DNA of 63,111 nt, counting the filler, from Octopus bimaculoides (lineage: Eukaryota): assembly GCF_001194135.2 (NCBI RefSeq). It is 7 parts of 5 records of this genome, joined end to end, with 100 filler letters (N's around TTAATTAATTAA, not from the genome) between each part and the next. Parts side by side here need not be neighbours in the genome. Positions count along the whole stretch, not along the records: positions 1 to 17,723 come from NC_068988.1; positions 17,824 to 24,341 come from NC_068988.1; positions 24,442 to 32,393 come from NC_068987.1; 4 more parts are not named here. The stretch is one strand, 5' to 3'. The notes beneath the pieces are model-generated. The model was not told the origin of the DNA and did not search any database. It saw only the letters and a program-made list of their open reading frames with translations. The translations under genes were made by a program, and so were the position numbers. Numbering within the stretch: the stretch's first letter is position 1; each line of letters begins with the position of its first letter. Shown here one piece after another: positions 11,443 to 26,004 of the stretch.

Positions 11443-12600
11443 TTTTTCCTTTATCACACAATGAAGATGTGGTACTATATATTGGCACTATTAAGGAACA
11501 AAATGTTTGGTCATATATTTGAAATACTGAACATAAAAATATTTTATTTTGGTTATTCTAGAAATTAGGGTTTTCTGAAGGTTTTGCTGTTACTCTTCAT
11601 TATTTTTATTTTCCTTTTTGTTTTTTTTTGTTTTTTTTGTTTTGATTAATCTTTCCAATTATTCTGGTCATTCTGTTCTGAGGTGAAATTTACTCTGAAA
11701 AACGCAACAGCTAAGCTCTTTAGCTTGAGTCAACAATCTCATGCTCTTTATCTTGGCATCTTCTATTGGGCACATTTCCAGTATGATTCTGTGGCGTTCA
11801 GGTGACAATGGAACCTACAAATCCATTTCGATGCTCCTACATCCACAAGTCACCCTTTGTTAACATTGCTTTTACTACTCACCCACACTTCAATATAAAT
11901 ATAGTTCGACGTTCTTTCCAGTGCATAACTAGTACTTAATTTATCGACCCCAAAGGCATAGTCAGACGTATCACTGTTAATTTCAGCTTCAGTTTTAACG
12001 ATACAGAAGACAGTGCCATTGTGTTTAAAGATACAGATGATAGTACCTTTTTCAATTAACCGATTTTCTTCTGATCTGATATGTTCCTAAAAACCTGATG
12101 TACATGACATGAGGGAAAATTTAATCTGTTTCTGTCAATTCGTAAATGGAGATATAACTCTTGTGGCAAATAAATGCTGTCTACTTTAATCAAATTCTCC
12201 CACCAACATTTTCTTTGTATCTGCAAAAAGTCTAAAATTTCTCATTTTATATTAAAGAAACGTTTATCTTCCCACAGCTGTTGCATAAATGGACTGCAGT
12301 ATTTGAAATTGAGTGAGTTGTTGCTGCTATTGTAGGGTTACTAATAAAATATAGTAACTCAAAAATACATATATGAACTAGCTTATTGTAACAATTGCTG
12401 TAGAGTACTCAATACTTAGAACAGTTGCCATTTTTGAAACTATTTAATTGAGTATTTAGGGAATTTTCTTTAGTAATTATCTGCCATACAATCCATTTTC
12501 TTTTTCTGGTACATTTAGTTGTGTATTTAGGTTTTGTGTCTTTTTTTTTTCCATTATGTGTGTTAGCTATTTTGGATGTGCATTTATTAAACTGTTATGA

Positions 12601-13006
12601 GCCAGGCATGGCTGTGTGGTAAGAAGCTTGATTCTCAACCACAGAGTTCTGGGTTCAGTCCTACTGCCTGACACCTTGGGAAAATGTCTTTTCCTATAGC
12701 CTCAGGCTGACCAAAGCCATGTGAGTGGATTTGATAGGTGGAAACTGAAAGAAGTCCATCGTATATATGTATATATAAGTATGTATATATTTGTGTGTCT
12801 GTGTTTGTCACTCCCACCATCGCTTGACAACTAATGTTGGTGTGTTTATGTCCCCAGAACTTAGTGGTTCAGAGGCAAAAGAGACCAATAGAATAAGTAC
12901 TAGGCTTCCAAAGAATAAATCCTGGGGTCGATTTGTTTGACTAAATGCGGTGCTCCAGCATGGTCGCATTCAAATGCCTGAAACAAATAAAAGAATAAAA
13001 GAATAA
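12601..13006 (+). mobile_element. SINE-B, full length
   Basis: Head, internal TA/TG tract, 3' half and AAAAGAAT tail. Confidence 0.9.
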
Positions 13007-13042
13007 ATGAATGTAAAACAGCAAGAGTCAAAGCAATGATGT

Positions 13043-13125
13043 ATATATTCATTCTTAACATGTTCTGGCAGATTTGTATATGAATACGGCAATTACTGGA
13101 GTATTTCACTCTTGGAGAGCAACTT
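13043..13125 (-). repeat. Inverted partial copy of the ~330-bp tandem unit
   Basis: Reverse complement GAAGTTGCTCTCCAAGAGTGAAATAC..CAAATCTGCCAGAACATGTTAAGAATGAATAT matches ~13572-13655. Confidence 0.75.
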
Positions 13126-13235
13126 CTGCCATCACTCGAAGCTTTGATTGAAGAGACACAATCAAGTTGAAACACTAGTGTCTCAAATTTCCCCTTTGTC
13201 TCTAAACGACATGTGTTGTGAACACACATCATCTG

Positions 13236-13985
13236 AAAGGGGGAATTAATTTATAAAGGAAAAATACAACAGTAATTTGCATATTCAAGTTCAAATCTGT
13301 CAGAATATATTGAGAATGAATATACATGTCATTATTTTGATTCTCAGTTTTACAAGCACACAATTATTTAATGTCAGCTTGGTAAACATTAGCACATGTC
13401 AGTAAATAATTTGTTATGGAATTCTATGAATGTGAGTGGCCATGTTTGTTTAGATCAAATATCCAGGGTTAGCTTTAACTAAGGAGAAATAACCATGTTG
13501 AAACAGTGGTGTCCCAAAACTCCTCTGCATCACTGTATTGCATGTTGTCAAGGTACATAGTTTCAGGGGAAGAATTGCTCTCTAAAGTCGAAATACAACA
13601 GTGATTAGCATATTCATATTCAAATCTGCCAGAATATATTAAGAATGAATGTGGAAGTCATTATTTGCATTTTCACTGTTTTACATGCACACAATAATTT
13701 AATATCAACTTTGCACAGACATTAGCAAGTGTCAGCAAATAATTTGTTTATGGAATTCTATGAACACGAGTGTCCATTTTTTATTAAGATCAGAGATCCA
13801 GGAGTAGCTTTAACTGAGGATAAATAATCATGCTGAAACAGTGGTGTCTCAAAACTCCTCTGCATCACTGTATTGCATGTTGTCAAGGCACATAATTTCG
13901 AGGTAAGAATTCCTCTCAGAAGTTGAAATGCAATTGTGATTAGCATATTCATGTTCAAATCTGCCAGAACATGTTAAAAATGAAT
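13236..13985 (+). repeat. Tandem duplication, ~330-bp unit x ~2.2
   Basis: Anchor AAATACAAC/AAATGCAAT at 13262, 13591 and 13926 (periods 329 and 335). Confidence 0.9.
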
Positions 13986-14892
13986 ATGCATGCGATTGTT
14001 AATCCATTTATATTTTTCTTAAATATTATTTTAATATACGTCAATACCTATAACAATGTGTCACGTAATATCTATATATCAATGCGCTACCTTGTACTGA
14101 TGTGTGACTTAATACATTCTAATGGTTGGGGTATATGTATATACTTCTATTTATATCTATCAGAGTACTTAATATACCATACTTACGTAATTTCATTACC
14201 TTTCATTCTGCATCTGTGATGCTTATCTTTATGTATTACTAAGTTCCAATGAGACGTTTATGAATGTGGTTTTGCTGTGACAATAGTTAATATGATTTCT
14301 TTGCATCTTTACTATAATTGGATAACCCGCATTATATCCCTTCTTGGAGCAGATGCATAACATTTTTTTTTTAACTGTATTAGACTTCATGTGTTATTCA
14401 TTTCTGCCTGAACATCTATATGCTATTTTCTTAGTATATATGCATGTATGTATGTATATTTACATGTATAAATGTACTTATCTATGTGAACATGTATATA
14501 TGTTTTTCTTACCATCAATCTAATACACACACACACATTCATACATATATATAAACATATACACATAGAGATGCAGACGCACATCCCCCCCACACACACA
14601 TACATACACACACATTCTTATATGCAGGAGTGTATGTGTTGCATTTTAAGTGTTGAAGTAGCAAAATCATTAGAGTTTTAGACAAAATGTTTTGCAGCAT
14701 TCTAGGTTTTTTCAATTCAGTGTTCAAATACCTACTGGGACATATCTACTTTTCATGTTTTCAGATTTGCCAAAAATTTACCAATCTGTGGCAGTGGAAT
14801 GAATGAATTGTTAGAACATTAGGTAAACCAATTTACCATTCTTGTTCTGCCTGCTTATTATCTAAGTTCAAATCCCATATGCTATGTATATT

Positions 14893-15097
14893 CTTTTCTA
14901 TTCTAAGGCCTGAAATTTTGGGGTGGGGGCTAGTTGATTAGATCGACCCAGTACACAACTGGTACTTAATTTATCGACCCCGAAAGGATGAAAGGCAAAG
15001 TCGACCTTAGCAGAATTTGAACTCAGAACATAAAGACAGACGAAATACTGTGAGGCATTTCGTCCAGCGTGCTACCGTTTCTCCCATCTCACTGCCT
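14893..15097 (-). mobile_element. SINE-A (tail type 2) with 10-bp TSD
   Basis: TSD TATGTATATT at 14883-14892 and 15098-15107. Confidence 0.9.
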
Positions 15098-15354
15098 TAT
15101 GTATATTACATAAGTTGATTCAGTAACAAGTATGATCATTTCTTAATGAGCTTCAAAGAAAAGTTGATTTATAAACCCAGATGATGATTTGGAAGTTTTG
15201 CCACATCTGTTACATAAATGTCTCCTTTCAGTTAAATGCAATACAGAATCATGACATTTAGTATGGCATAGCTACATGCGTCCTTTCAGATAAACAATGA
15301 AAATACAACATTCATTATATGATTAGTACATATGTTCTTTCTCACAAATATCTT

Positions 15355-15738
15355 ATATCTTTTACTTGTTTAGTCATTAGGCTGTGGCTATGCTGGGGCA
15401 CTGCTTTCAAGAAATTTTAGTCAAATGAATTGACCCCATTAATTACTTTTGTTAAGCCTGTTACTTATTCTAGTGATCACTTTTGCCAAACTGCTAGGTT
15501 ATTGGGATGTAAACACACCAACACTGGTTGTCAAGTGGTGGTGGGAGACAAGCACAGATACAAAGACACATAGTCACACACACACACACTTCTTTCAGTT
15601 TCTGTCTACCAAATTTTACACACAAGACTTTGGTCGGTTCAAGGTTGTAGTAGAAAACACATTACACAAAGTGCCACACAGTGAGACTGAACCTAAAACT
15701 ATGAGATTGGGAAGCAAGTTTCTTACCACACAGCCATA
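15355..15738 (-). mobile_element. SINE-B, CpG-decayed
   Basis: Colinear with 61862-62313, most CpG converted to TG/CA. Confidence 0.85.
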
Positions 15739-15774
15739 ACTTCACCTAAAGTAACTTCACCTAAAGCATATATT

Positions 15775-15966
15775 CTTTTCTACTCTAGGCACAAAGCCCG
15801 AAGTTTTGGGGGGAGGGGGTCAGTCAATCAGATCGACCCAGTATTCAACTGGTACTTAATTTATTGACCCCAAAAATTGAAAGGCAAAGTCAACCTTGGC
15901 AGAATTTGAACTCAGAATGTAAAGACAGATGAAATACTGCTAACATTTCTGCCACCTCGCCGCCTT
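15775..15966 (-). mobile_element. SINE-A (tail type 2) with ~16-bp TSD
   Basis: ACCTAAAGCATATATT (15759-15774) / ACCTAACGTATATATT (15967-15982). Confidence 0.85.
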
Positions 15967-16564
15967 ACCTAACGTATATATTAACTTGTTTTGTTTCATG
16001 TAATGTTGAACTGCTAACAAGACCACCCTTAAAAATAGAATTTCTTACAAATTGGACATTTTAAGACATTCTTAATACCTCTGAAGCTTCCTTTCTTTGC
16101 TTCTCGTATCAATTTTGTGTGTTCACTGCAACTCTCTTCAAAATGCATGAGTGCACTGAATATAATTTTGTCAATGATGTCCTATCAATTGCGTTTTCTC
16201 CAGCTTTCCACATGAATATAAACATTGTAAAATTTGTATGTGCATATGAACAACAAACACATGTAAACACGTATAGCCACCCATGCATAAAAACATGTAT
16301 ACATAGGTGCATATAGCCACCCATGCATAAAAAAACATGTATACATGGGTGCACAGATAAGCTTATACATATGCAAGCACAAGCGTTTTTGTGCATGGAG
16401 CATGGACGAATCTGAGCACAGGACCAATTTGTTCATCCATCTATCCATACATATATATAGAAATACATATAAACTTATTTATCTATCTATCTATCCATTT
16501 ATCTACCTATCTATCTATTTATCTACCTACCTACCTACCTATCTGTCTGTCTGTCTGTTTGTTT

Positions 16565-16619
<55 letters not shown>

Positions 16620-16938
16620 NNNNNNNNNNNNNNNNNNNNNNNNNNNNNNNNNNNNNNNNNNNNNNNNNNNNNNNNNNNNNNNNNNNNNNNNNNNNNNNNN
16701 NNNNNNNNNNNNNNNNNNNNNNNNNNNNNNNNNNNNNNNNNNNNNNNNNNNNNNNNNNNNNNNNNNNNNNNNNNNNNNNNNNNNNNNNNNNNNNNNNNNN
16801 NNNNNNNNNNNNNNNNNNNNNNNNNNNNNNNNNNNNNNNNNNNNNNNNNNNNNNNNNNNNNNNNNNNNNNNNNNNNNNNNNNNNNNNNNNNNNNNNNNNN
16901 NNNNNNNNNNNNNNNNNNNNNNNNNNNNNNNNNNNNNN

Positions 16939-16992
<54 letters not shown>

Positions 16993-17029
16993 CATATATG
17001 TTTACAATGATCCCAGTGTTCAAATGATA

Positions 17030-17167
17030 CTCATTTTATCAACCCCCGACAGGATGAACGGAAAAAAACCAACCTTGCTGGAATTTGAAAGCAGAGCGTA
17101 AACACAGATAAAATGCCACTAACCATTTTGCCTGGCATTCTCAAGATTCTGCCAGCTCACTGCCTTA
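17030..17167 (-). mobile_element. SINE-A 5' part
   Basis: ACCCCCGACAGGATGAACGG..GGAATTTGAA..GATTCTGCCAGCTCACTGCC. Confidence 0.75.
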
Positions 17168-17678
17168 AGTATACACATGCATATTAACACAAAGAATATT
17201 GGGGAGATGTTTCCACCAAACCTTCTGCCAAATGAGTTCTTTACATATCAATAAAAAACAAGATCGGTATGGTTGGAATGTAGCCAATTATGTGTCTGTC
17301 CAATCAAGCATGACCTGAGGCTAATTAACAACAGTCAAGTAATACATCTATCTCTCATCTCATTAGTCTAATATGCCTCACCTCCTAATATATGCCCAGA
17401 ATATGTAGCTCAGTCTTCCTTCTTCTCAACAGCAGCCTGAAATTCTTCCCCTGTCCACATTTTTACCACAGGAGTTCCAACCTAAATATTAACTACATTC
17501 ACCGTGTTAATTTCATGGGTGATGCAAAGGTGACAGAGACTATACATCCTTCTCTGATTAATAATTAATAACAAAGAAAGCAAAGCCCAAAAGATAAAAC
17601 AAAACTTATTTTTAAATGTATTTAAAAATGGGTTTAATTTTTCACACACAACAGAAGGTATAAATGCAATCAATACTG

Positions 17679-17723
<45 letters not shown>

Positions 17724-17767
17724 NNNNNNNNNNNNNNNNNNNNNNNNNNNNNNNNNNNNNNNNNNNN

Positions 17768-17779
17768 TTAATTAATTAA
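17768..17779. other. Synthetic gap marker N44-TTAATTAATTAA-N44 (also 24386, 32438, 37833, 49713, 51791)
   Basis: Identical 12-mer centred in exactly 100-bp N-runs six times; TAA in all six frames. Confidence 0.9.
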
Positions 17780-17823
17780 NNNNNNNNNNNNNNNNNNNNN
17801 NNNNNNNNNNNNNNNNNNNNNNN

Positions 17824-17866
<43 letters not shown>

Positions 17867-18179
17867 GTATGCATGTATGTATGTATGTATATATCTACGT
17901 ATAAGAATTAATTTTGGTTTATACTGAAGACTGATACGTGCATATCAATTATTTAAACACATCTACAGCGGTAATTCAGAAGTCATATATAAGCAACATT
18001 GGATGACATTCTTTTTCCCTTTTGTTTATAGTACATTAAAGTATGCCTGTAGGTAGCCGTATGTATGTGTGTCTATGTATGTAAACATTTATGAGTATAT
18101 GTAACAAATATCTTCTTGTCTATCATCACATATTGGCAGATATGTATTTACGTGTGTACATATCTTTTATATTATATTC

Positions 18180-18550
18180 ATCACTTGTTCCACTCACAAA
18201 ATTGAGGCCACGCATGGGCGCCGCATTGAAGAATTTTAGTCGAATGAATCAACCCCAGTATTAAGTTTTGAAAGCTTGGTACTTATCCTATTTGTTTCTT
18301 TTGCTAAAGTACTAAAGTACGGGGACGTAAATACGCCCGTTGTCAAATGATGATGGGGAACAGAGATAGCTACAAAGACAAGCACACACATAGTGTAAGA
18401 CAGTTTTCTTACAGTTTCCGCCTCATAAATCTAGCCACAAGTCATTGGTTTAACCTGAGGCTGTAATATGAAACACTGGACCAAGATGCCACGCAACAGG
18501 ACTGAACTCGAAAACTTGTGAAACAAACTCCTTACCAAATAACCACACCT
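18180..18550 (-). mobile_element. SINE-B, diverged but CpG-retaining
   Basis: Colinear with other SINE-B; keeps GGCGCCGC, GTACGGGGACG and CCACGC. Confidence 0.8.
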
Positions 18551-18729
18551 GAACACACACACACACACACACACGTATGTATATGTATGTATGTATGTAT
18601 ATATGTATGTATATATGTATATTTATACACACACACATATTTAAGGATGGTATTATTAAAATACAATCCTGAGTGGTAAGCTTGATCCGTGATGGAAAAT
18701 TCAGCAAAAAAGTACTTCAAATTTCTGAC

Positions 18730-18875
18730 CTGGAGTTCAATAGAGAGTTAGAGATCACATAGCCTCCTTCTGCCAAAGGAACAAAAGTAAAGTTACTAAG
18801 TTGGCTAGCTACGTATGGACTTCGAAAGATAACGAAACAACGTAGGTGATTAAATAGCATCCACTTTAGGCTCAT
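18730..18875 (-). CDS. Candidate first exon/uORF MSLKWMLFNHLRCFVIFRSPYVASQLSNFTFVPLAEGGYVISNSLLNS
   Basis: ATG at 18875, 48 codons + 2 nt, donor AG|GTCAGA; ETS-like motif just upstream. No homology recognised and no in-frame next exon found. Confidence 0.3.
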
Positions 18876-18890
18876 GATACAACAGAGGGA

Positions 18891-18900
18891 AACTTCCGAG
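18891..18900 (-). promoter_or_regulatory. ETS-like motif CTCGGAAGTT at the edge of the CpG-retaining domain
   Basis: CGGAAGT core ~15 nt upstream of the candidate ATG; short motif, may be chance. Confidence 0.3.
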
Positions 18901-19182
18901 TGTAGTGTAATATAAATAACAGAACTAAGCTGAGGCTCACTACTATTATTTCAGGCATGTTTTTTTTTTTATTATCAATGTTCAAACCGTTTTCTTCAAG
19001 TTTTCTTCGGGCACCGAGATGAAAGAGTCCATATGTCTTCTATACCCCTTGGGTGAAAAGTCCTAAATGTTAAATTAAATCTTAATTTTAAGCGGACTTT
19101 ATATGATTTAATTGATTTTCTTTTCATCAATAAAAAACACTTCTGAAACAACTGCAGGTAACTGCTGTCTGCTTCTTTTATT

Positions 19183-20135
<953 letters not shown>

Positions 20136-20144
20136 AAAATGCTC

Positions 20145-20214
20145 GTCCATCAATCTATCGATCAATCGATCGATCGATCCATCCATCCATCCCTCTATCC
20201 ATCCATCCATCCAT

Positions 20215-20250
<36 letters not shown>

Positions 20251-20390
20251 CCGTTCATCCATCCATCCATGCATACTTATCTCTTTCTCTATTTATCTAT
20301 CTATCAATCAATCTATCTATCTATCAGTCTGTATGTCTGTCTGTCTGTCTGTCTGTCTGTCTGCCTGATTGTATATCTATCTATCTATCT
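20145..20390. repeat. Compound tetranucleotide repeat (ATCC/ATCT/GTCT)
   Basis: Read directly. Confidence 0.95.
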
Positions 20391-21279
20391 TGATGTTTGT
20401 TATTCATCTCTTATGTCCACCGTCTCTTATATATAAATACAATTGATTCAATAATTAAAATTCATTTTATAACTGATAATTTCATACAGTAGTCATATAG
20501 TTAACTCATTTCCTATGCAGAAGATGCCTGCATTATGTCACTTCCTGATTACATTCAGAAAACATGAAAGACGCTGCCAATCCTGTCAAGCCTTAACATT
20601 TATTTAACGATAAACCTCTCTGGGAATGTATCGCTGAAACTTTAATCAGTCGTATTCCTTCGCATCAAAGTCCTTCTATTGTACCAGCATTATGTACTCT
20701 TATTACTCTTATTGTTGAACGCGGTGAAATGGCAGAAGCGGTAAATATTTAAAAAGCTGCATCTTCACTGTTTTATTCGTACGCATATTATCGATTAGAT
20801 TTCTGTAAATTATGTACAAATGGTTGTTATAGAATTAGATGAAGCCAGTGTTAATGATGGCCAAAGAGACACATGCTAAAAAGAGTTCCATGTCATTAAT
20901 TATAAATATAGATTCTAGGTATCAAATTCTAGAGTAAAAGATTGTGTCATTTCTTTTCTAAAGCAAAATGATGTGAATTAAGAGAGGACTGGCTGATTTG
21001 AGAAGGATGTGTAAGTGCAAGATTAAGGATGGGCCAAATATCATCCGGATATGTCTCATTAAGTATTATATCGTAGAGTCACGGTAACAAAACATATTTA
21101 TTGATGTTAAAATTACGCTTTACCTACATTTGATCTTATATTTCGAATAGTAACATAGGAATATTTCACCATGCACTTCGTTTCACCGCAATTCGAATCG
21201 CTACAATTATGACCTTGCGTTTCAGTAATGAATATGTAATATAGATATATAACAGTAGAGCATCTTCTAAGTACATACA

Positions 21280-21311
<32 letters not shown>

Positions 21312-21689
21312 GAAATTCATGTATAGCCTGAAAGAGATGCAACTTTAAGTGACCAAATCCGCGCAGGTAAGTGGAACTTGCCGCAAATAGTGACCTTACT
21401 GCAAGAATAAGAAACTGACAAAAATGATATGTATTTTAAAAAAATCTGATAAGCGCAACTATAAGATTTATCTTCGTAATTTTCACCGCAAGAAATTATC
21501 GTCTTTACAGGAGGACTCGTAGAAATTATGGGATATTAGTATAGATAATAATAGTATGTGGTTTTTGTTACATAAATAATTTCAGAAAAACATTTAAAGG
21601 AAAACTATATTTAATTTTAACGATTTTGTAGGTTCATCAAAAACATTGAGGACTTATCTTCGAAATTATTTGACGAAAACCGAGCCTAT

Positions 21690-21964
21690 TTTGCAGGGTA
21701 TGGTGGAACATGTCAGATGTCCACAGGCAGTAGACTAAGGTGACATTTGTTTACTGCTAATGATCGAAGAACCCTGCACAGAATTCTTGCGGATCCAAGG
21801 AATGCTGATTTTGGGTGCCTATACTTCCAAGTGTGTAAATTACTAATGGTATCACGTCTACTCTCTTCACTGACCACTACCTTCGTGTTACCTACTTCAA
21901 ATCGTCGAAGTTGTTCAGTTTTATTTCTTTCTCTCTGATCCTGTAGTGCCTGGGATATGCTATG
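21690..21964 (-). mobile_element. R4/Dong-like non-LTR retrotransposon, C-terminus + 3' UTR
   Basis: PKSAFLGSARILCRVL (QKxxLLGTARILRKVL-type end); UTR GTCACCTTAGTCTACTGCCTGTGGACATCTGAC resembles ~45486-45520. Confidence 0.7.
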
Positions 21965-21987
21965 NNNNNNNNNNACACACACACACT

Positions 21988-22434
21988 CGAGGTCTGATCA
22001 ATAAGTAGTAGGACTGCTGCCATAGTAACGAAGCTAAAGCAGGCAGAGTTGGGACGCTTGGTGAAAATCGACCTTGATCTTTGTTATGCAAGCAGACTAA
22101 GCGTTAATATTCTCGCTTACTTCAACATGTTTTCGGTGGTCTTGGAAACGTCTGAAGAACTCGTAAACATGTGTGCCGCTCATACACTCCTCTCCATACG
22201 CCTCTGAGCTGGTGTCACTATGACAACGTTCTGTGCCAATGCCACTGCGACGATCACACGCTGCACACCTTCCTTCCAAGCACTGTTGTAAACTGCGAAG
22301 AGGAACAAGAGTGTTAAAAACTTAGAGCATATGCACAGCAGAATTCAAGATCAGTCTGTGGTAAGCGGCGTCACTGTGCGTTCTTTAGCTTCGTTACAAT
22401 GTCAACAATCCGGCAATGTAGTGATCAGACCACA
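21988..22434 (-). mobile_element. Internally deleted mariner element with ~50-bp TIRs
   Basis: TIRs CGAGGTCTGATCAAT..GTAACGAAGCTAAAG / CTTTAGCTTCGTTAC..TGATCAGACCACA; internal EAYGEECMSGTHVYEFFRRF (mariner HTH); TA on the right flank. Confidence 0.85.
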
Positions 22435-24441
22435 TAGGTATATATATATATAGGAAATTAAATATTTATTTCGTTGATCTGTTTTGCTTTTGCTACTCCT
22501 GAGTAAAGAAATCAGAAATAGTGCTATACTTTAACAGTGTCAAAAGATTTTTTCCATGTTAGTAAGACGAAAAATACAGACACACATACACACGAACACT
22601 CATATAAGAGGTGCATTNNNNNNNNNNNNNNNNNNNNNNNNNNNNNNNNNNNNNNNNNNNNNNNNNNNNNNNNNNNNNNNNNNNNNNNNNNNNNNNNNNN
22701 NNNNNNNNNNNNNNNNNNNNNNNNNNNNNNNNNNNNNNNNNNNNNNNNNNNNNNNNNNNNNNNNNNNNNNNNNNNNNNNNNNNNNNNNNNNNNNNNNNNN
22801 NNNNNNNNNNNNNNNNNNNNNNNNNNNNNNNNNNNNNNNNNNNNNNNNNNNNNNNNNNNNNNNNNNNNNNNNNNNNNNNNNNNNNNNNNNNNNNNNNNNN
22901 NNNNNNNNNNNNNNNNNNNNNNNNNNNNNNNNNNNNNNNNNNNNNNNNNNNNNNNNNNNNNNNNNNNNNNNNNNNNNNNNNNNNNNNNNNNNNNNNNNNN
23001 NNNNNNNNNNNNNNNNNNNNNNNNNNNNNNNNNNNNNNNNNNNNNNNNNNNNNNNNNNNNNNNNNNNNNNNNNNNATAATTGTATTTTTTATGTAAATTT
23101 CACTGGTTTTACATGTTTACGTTTTTGTTACTTCGCTAAATTCCCTTTGAGAATTATTCGGTCTTAGTAGACACGTGACATGTGATCTTCTTATAGCACA
23201 TTAGCAGTCCACCTAGTGGCCTCCTTTATATATATATTTATATATACATATACAATAATCCTTTGAGATCTGAGATATTTTTTCTGAATCTCCCTGATTC
23301 TTCTAATGTGCTGATTCCCTGGTATTAAATTGATATTAATTAATATCCAATTTTTTACCCTATTGTTTCATTTAATATATATATATTTATATATATACAT
23401 TGTACATAGGTATGTGTGTGTGTGTTTGTGCGTATTTTTTTTGTTCGTTTCAAACATTCATTGCGTACATTCAATGAGACCACTTTGAAGCGCTTAGTCA
23501 AATATATCAACCCCTACGTTACGGAGTTTTGAAGCGGCAGTAGGTGGGAAAATATAAATACACACACAATTAAATACAAGCACACATATATAGGATGAGC
23601 TTCTTTCAGTTCCCGTCAACCAAGTTTACTTACAAGGCTTTGCCGACCGGGATATACATACATACATACATACAGGTAGACAAAATTACACACGCACACA
23701 CAAACATACACACAGACACATGCACACACACAGACATATGCACGCACACAGACACATACACACACACACACATACAATTCCAAACTAGGGGAGTGGTGCA
23801 GGTAAAATTCAGGCTACATATATTTCCTAGCTAGTTGATCTCCTGATGTAATAATTACTCAACGGATTGTGCTCAGCTAGCTAATCATTGGTCTCAAGAT
23901 ATCTTAGTTTTATGAAGGTTACATTGTCGTTAAGAGATCTATAGTTAAATGGGCGACGATATAATTTGAAATGAATAGTGACGCCAGTAGTACAGAGGAA
24001 AGAGCATTTTTTAAAGAAATAAAATGGCCAATGAGTAAGAAAAGCGAGGGAAGAGATCAAATACATGCATGGTGGAAATTTGGAATTTTATTCGCATTCA
24101 TTGCGAATCAAGTTGCTAACCGTAAGGTTTAATAATTATATTTTCAGTTTATCGAACTTCGATGCAGGGAAAGCCGGCAACCCACACGAATAAATTACTA
24201 CTGTTCATGAATGATGTTATCTCTATACCTACCACGCCTGCTCGAAGCTTAGAAACTTCCTACGCTTACATCTTTGGACCTTATAATTACGCGCCCGCGC
24301 GCGCACACACACACACACACACATATACTACGTACGTATATNNNNNNNNNNNNNNNNNNNNNNNNNNNNNNNNNNNNNNNNNNNNTTAATTAATTAANNN
24401 NNNNNNNNNNNNNNNNNNNNNNNNNNNNNNNNNNNNNNNNN

Positions 24442-24945
24442 GTGAGAAAGAGTAAAACCTGGTTAGCATGCCACAGTTTGAGATCTGTATGGAAGTCGAA
24501 ACTTCGTAAAGAGCTGAGGATCCTTCTCTCCGTTGCTGCAGTAGATCTGTGTTGTTCTACGGGTCTGAAACTTGGACACTGATCAAGAAACTCACTCATA
24601 TGTTTGATGGGTGCTACGTCAAAATTCTGAGGATGGTTCTGAACATTAAGCAGTTTAAACTGAGGATGAAGAACTCAGAGTTGTACAAGAGCCTCCCAAT
24701 ATTTAGCTCCAAAATAACACAGAGACGGATATGCTCCCCGTCATTCAGAGTTGATACTGTACTCAGTGCTTCTGTGGGGAACCCTACAAGGACACATTAG
24801 AAGAGGGAGACTGAGCATAACATATGTTGATGCTCTAAGGACAGACACTTGTCTCTGGGAGATACAGGGCATGGTAGCGACGATGAAGGCCAAAGATCAC
24901 AGCAGAGAACACGTCCATGGATATCGGCAATTTTACACGCCTTAG
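24442..24945 (+). mobile_element. RTE-clade LINE, 3' part of RT ORF, frameshifted
   Basis: VLFYGSETWTLIKKLTHMFDGCYVKILRMVLNI..RRGRLSITYVDAL. Confidence 0.85.
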
Positions 24946-25487
24946 ATATGTTTGTGTGTGTGTGAGTGTGTGTGTGTGTGTGTGNNNNNNNNNNNNNNNN
25001 NNNNNNNNNNNNNNNNNNNNNNNNNNNNNNNNNNNNNNNNNNNNNNNNNNNNNNNNNNNNNNNNNNNNNNNNNNNNNNNNNNNNNNNNNNNNNNNNNNNN
25101 NNNNNNNNNNNNNNNNNNNNNNNNNNNNNNNNNNNNNNNNNNNNNNNNNNNNNNNNNNNNNNNNNNNNNNNNNNNNNNNNNNNNNNNNNNNNNNNNNNNN
25201 NNNNNNNNNNNNNNNNNNNNNNNNNNNNNNNNNNNNNNNNNNNNNNNNNNNNNNNNNNNNNNNNNNNNNNNNNNNNNNNNNNNNNNNNNNNNNNNNNNNN
25301 NNNNNNNNNNNNNNNNNNNNNNNNNNNNNNNNNNNNNNNNNNNNNNNNNNNNNNNNNNNNNNNNNNNNNNNNNNNNNNNNNNNNNNNNNNNNNNNNNNNN
25401 NNNNNNNNNNNNNNNNNNNNNNNNNNNNNNNNNNNNNNNNNNNNNNNNNNNNNNNNNNNNNNNNNNNNNNNNNNNNNNNNNNNNNNN

Positions 25488-25526
<39 letters not shown>

Positions 25527-26004
25527 GCAAACACAGACATATATATATGTATATATGGGTGGATGGATGGATGGATGGATGGATGGACGTATTTAGAGAG
25601 AGAGATGAATAGATATTTAATTGCTTGTGTCTGTGTAGAAAAGCTCATCGTGTGGAATATGTATGTAACTGAAATGTCAGAATTTTCTCTTGCTCTAACA
25701 TACTAATGGATTTCGGATGAGAATTACGTTAAGCGCACCAATAACCGTAGAATACTCAGTTACTCATAATGTTCGATGAGAAAGGATTTCATTTGATCGG
25801 GCATCTGGTATATTTCAGAAGAGTGCCAAAGATATTCTTACCTAATGGCAAAAACGAATGCATGCCCTGTTCTCAGATGAATAGATTAAAATACGTTCTA
25901 TTTTGCATATGAAATGGGATGGAAAACTGCGTGTAGTATTTCTAAAAATTATTTGCGGATCTATGAAATCTCCATGGACTGTTGACTAAAATATTGACTA
26001 ATAC

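Noticed and set aside
13236-13985. CRISPR-like array
   Set aside because: Eukaryotic context, ~330-bp units with no unique spacers, no cas genes.
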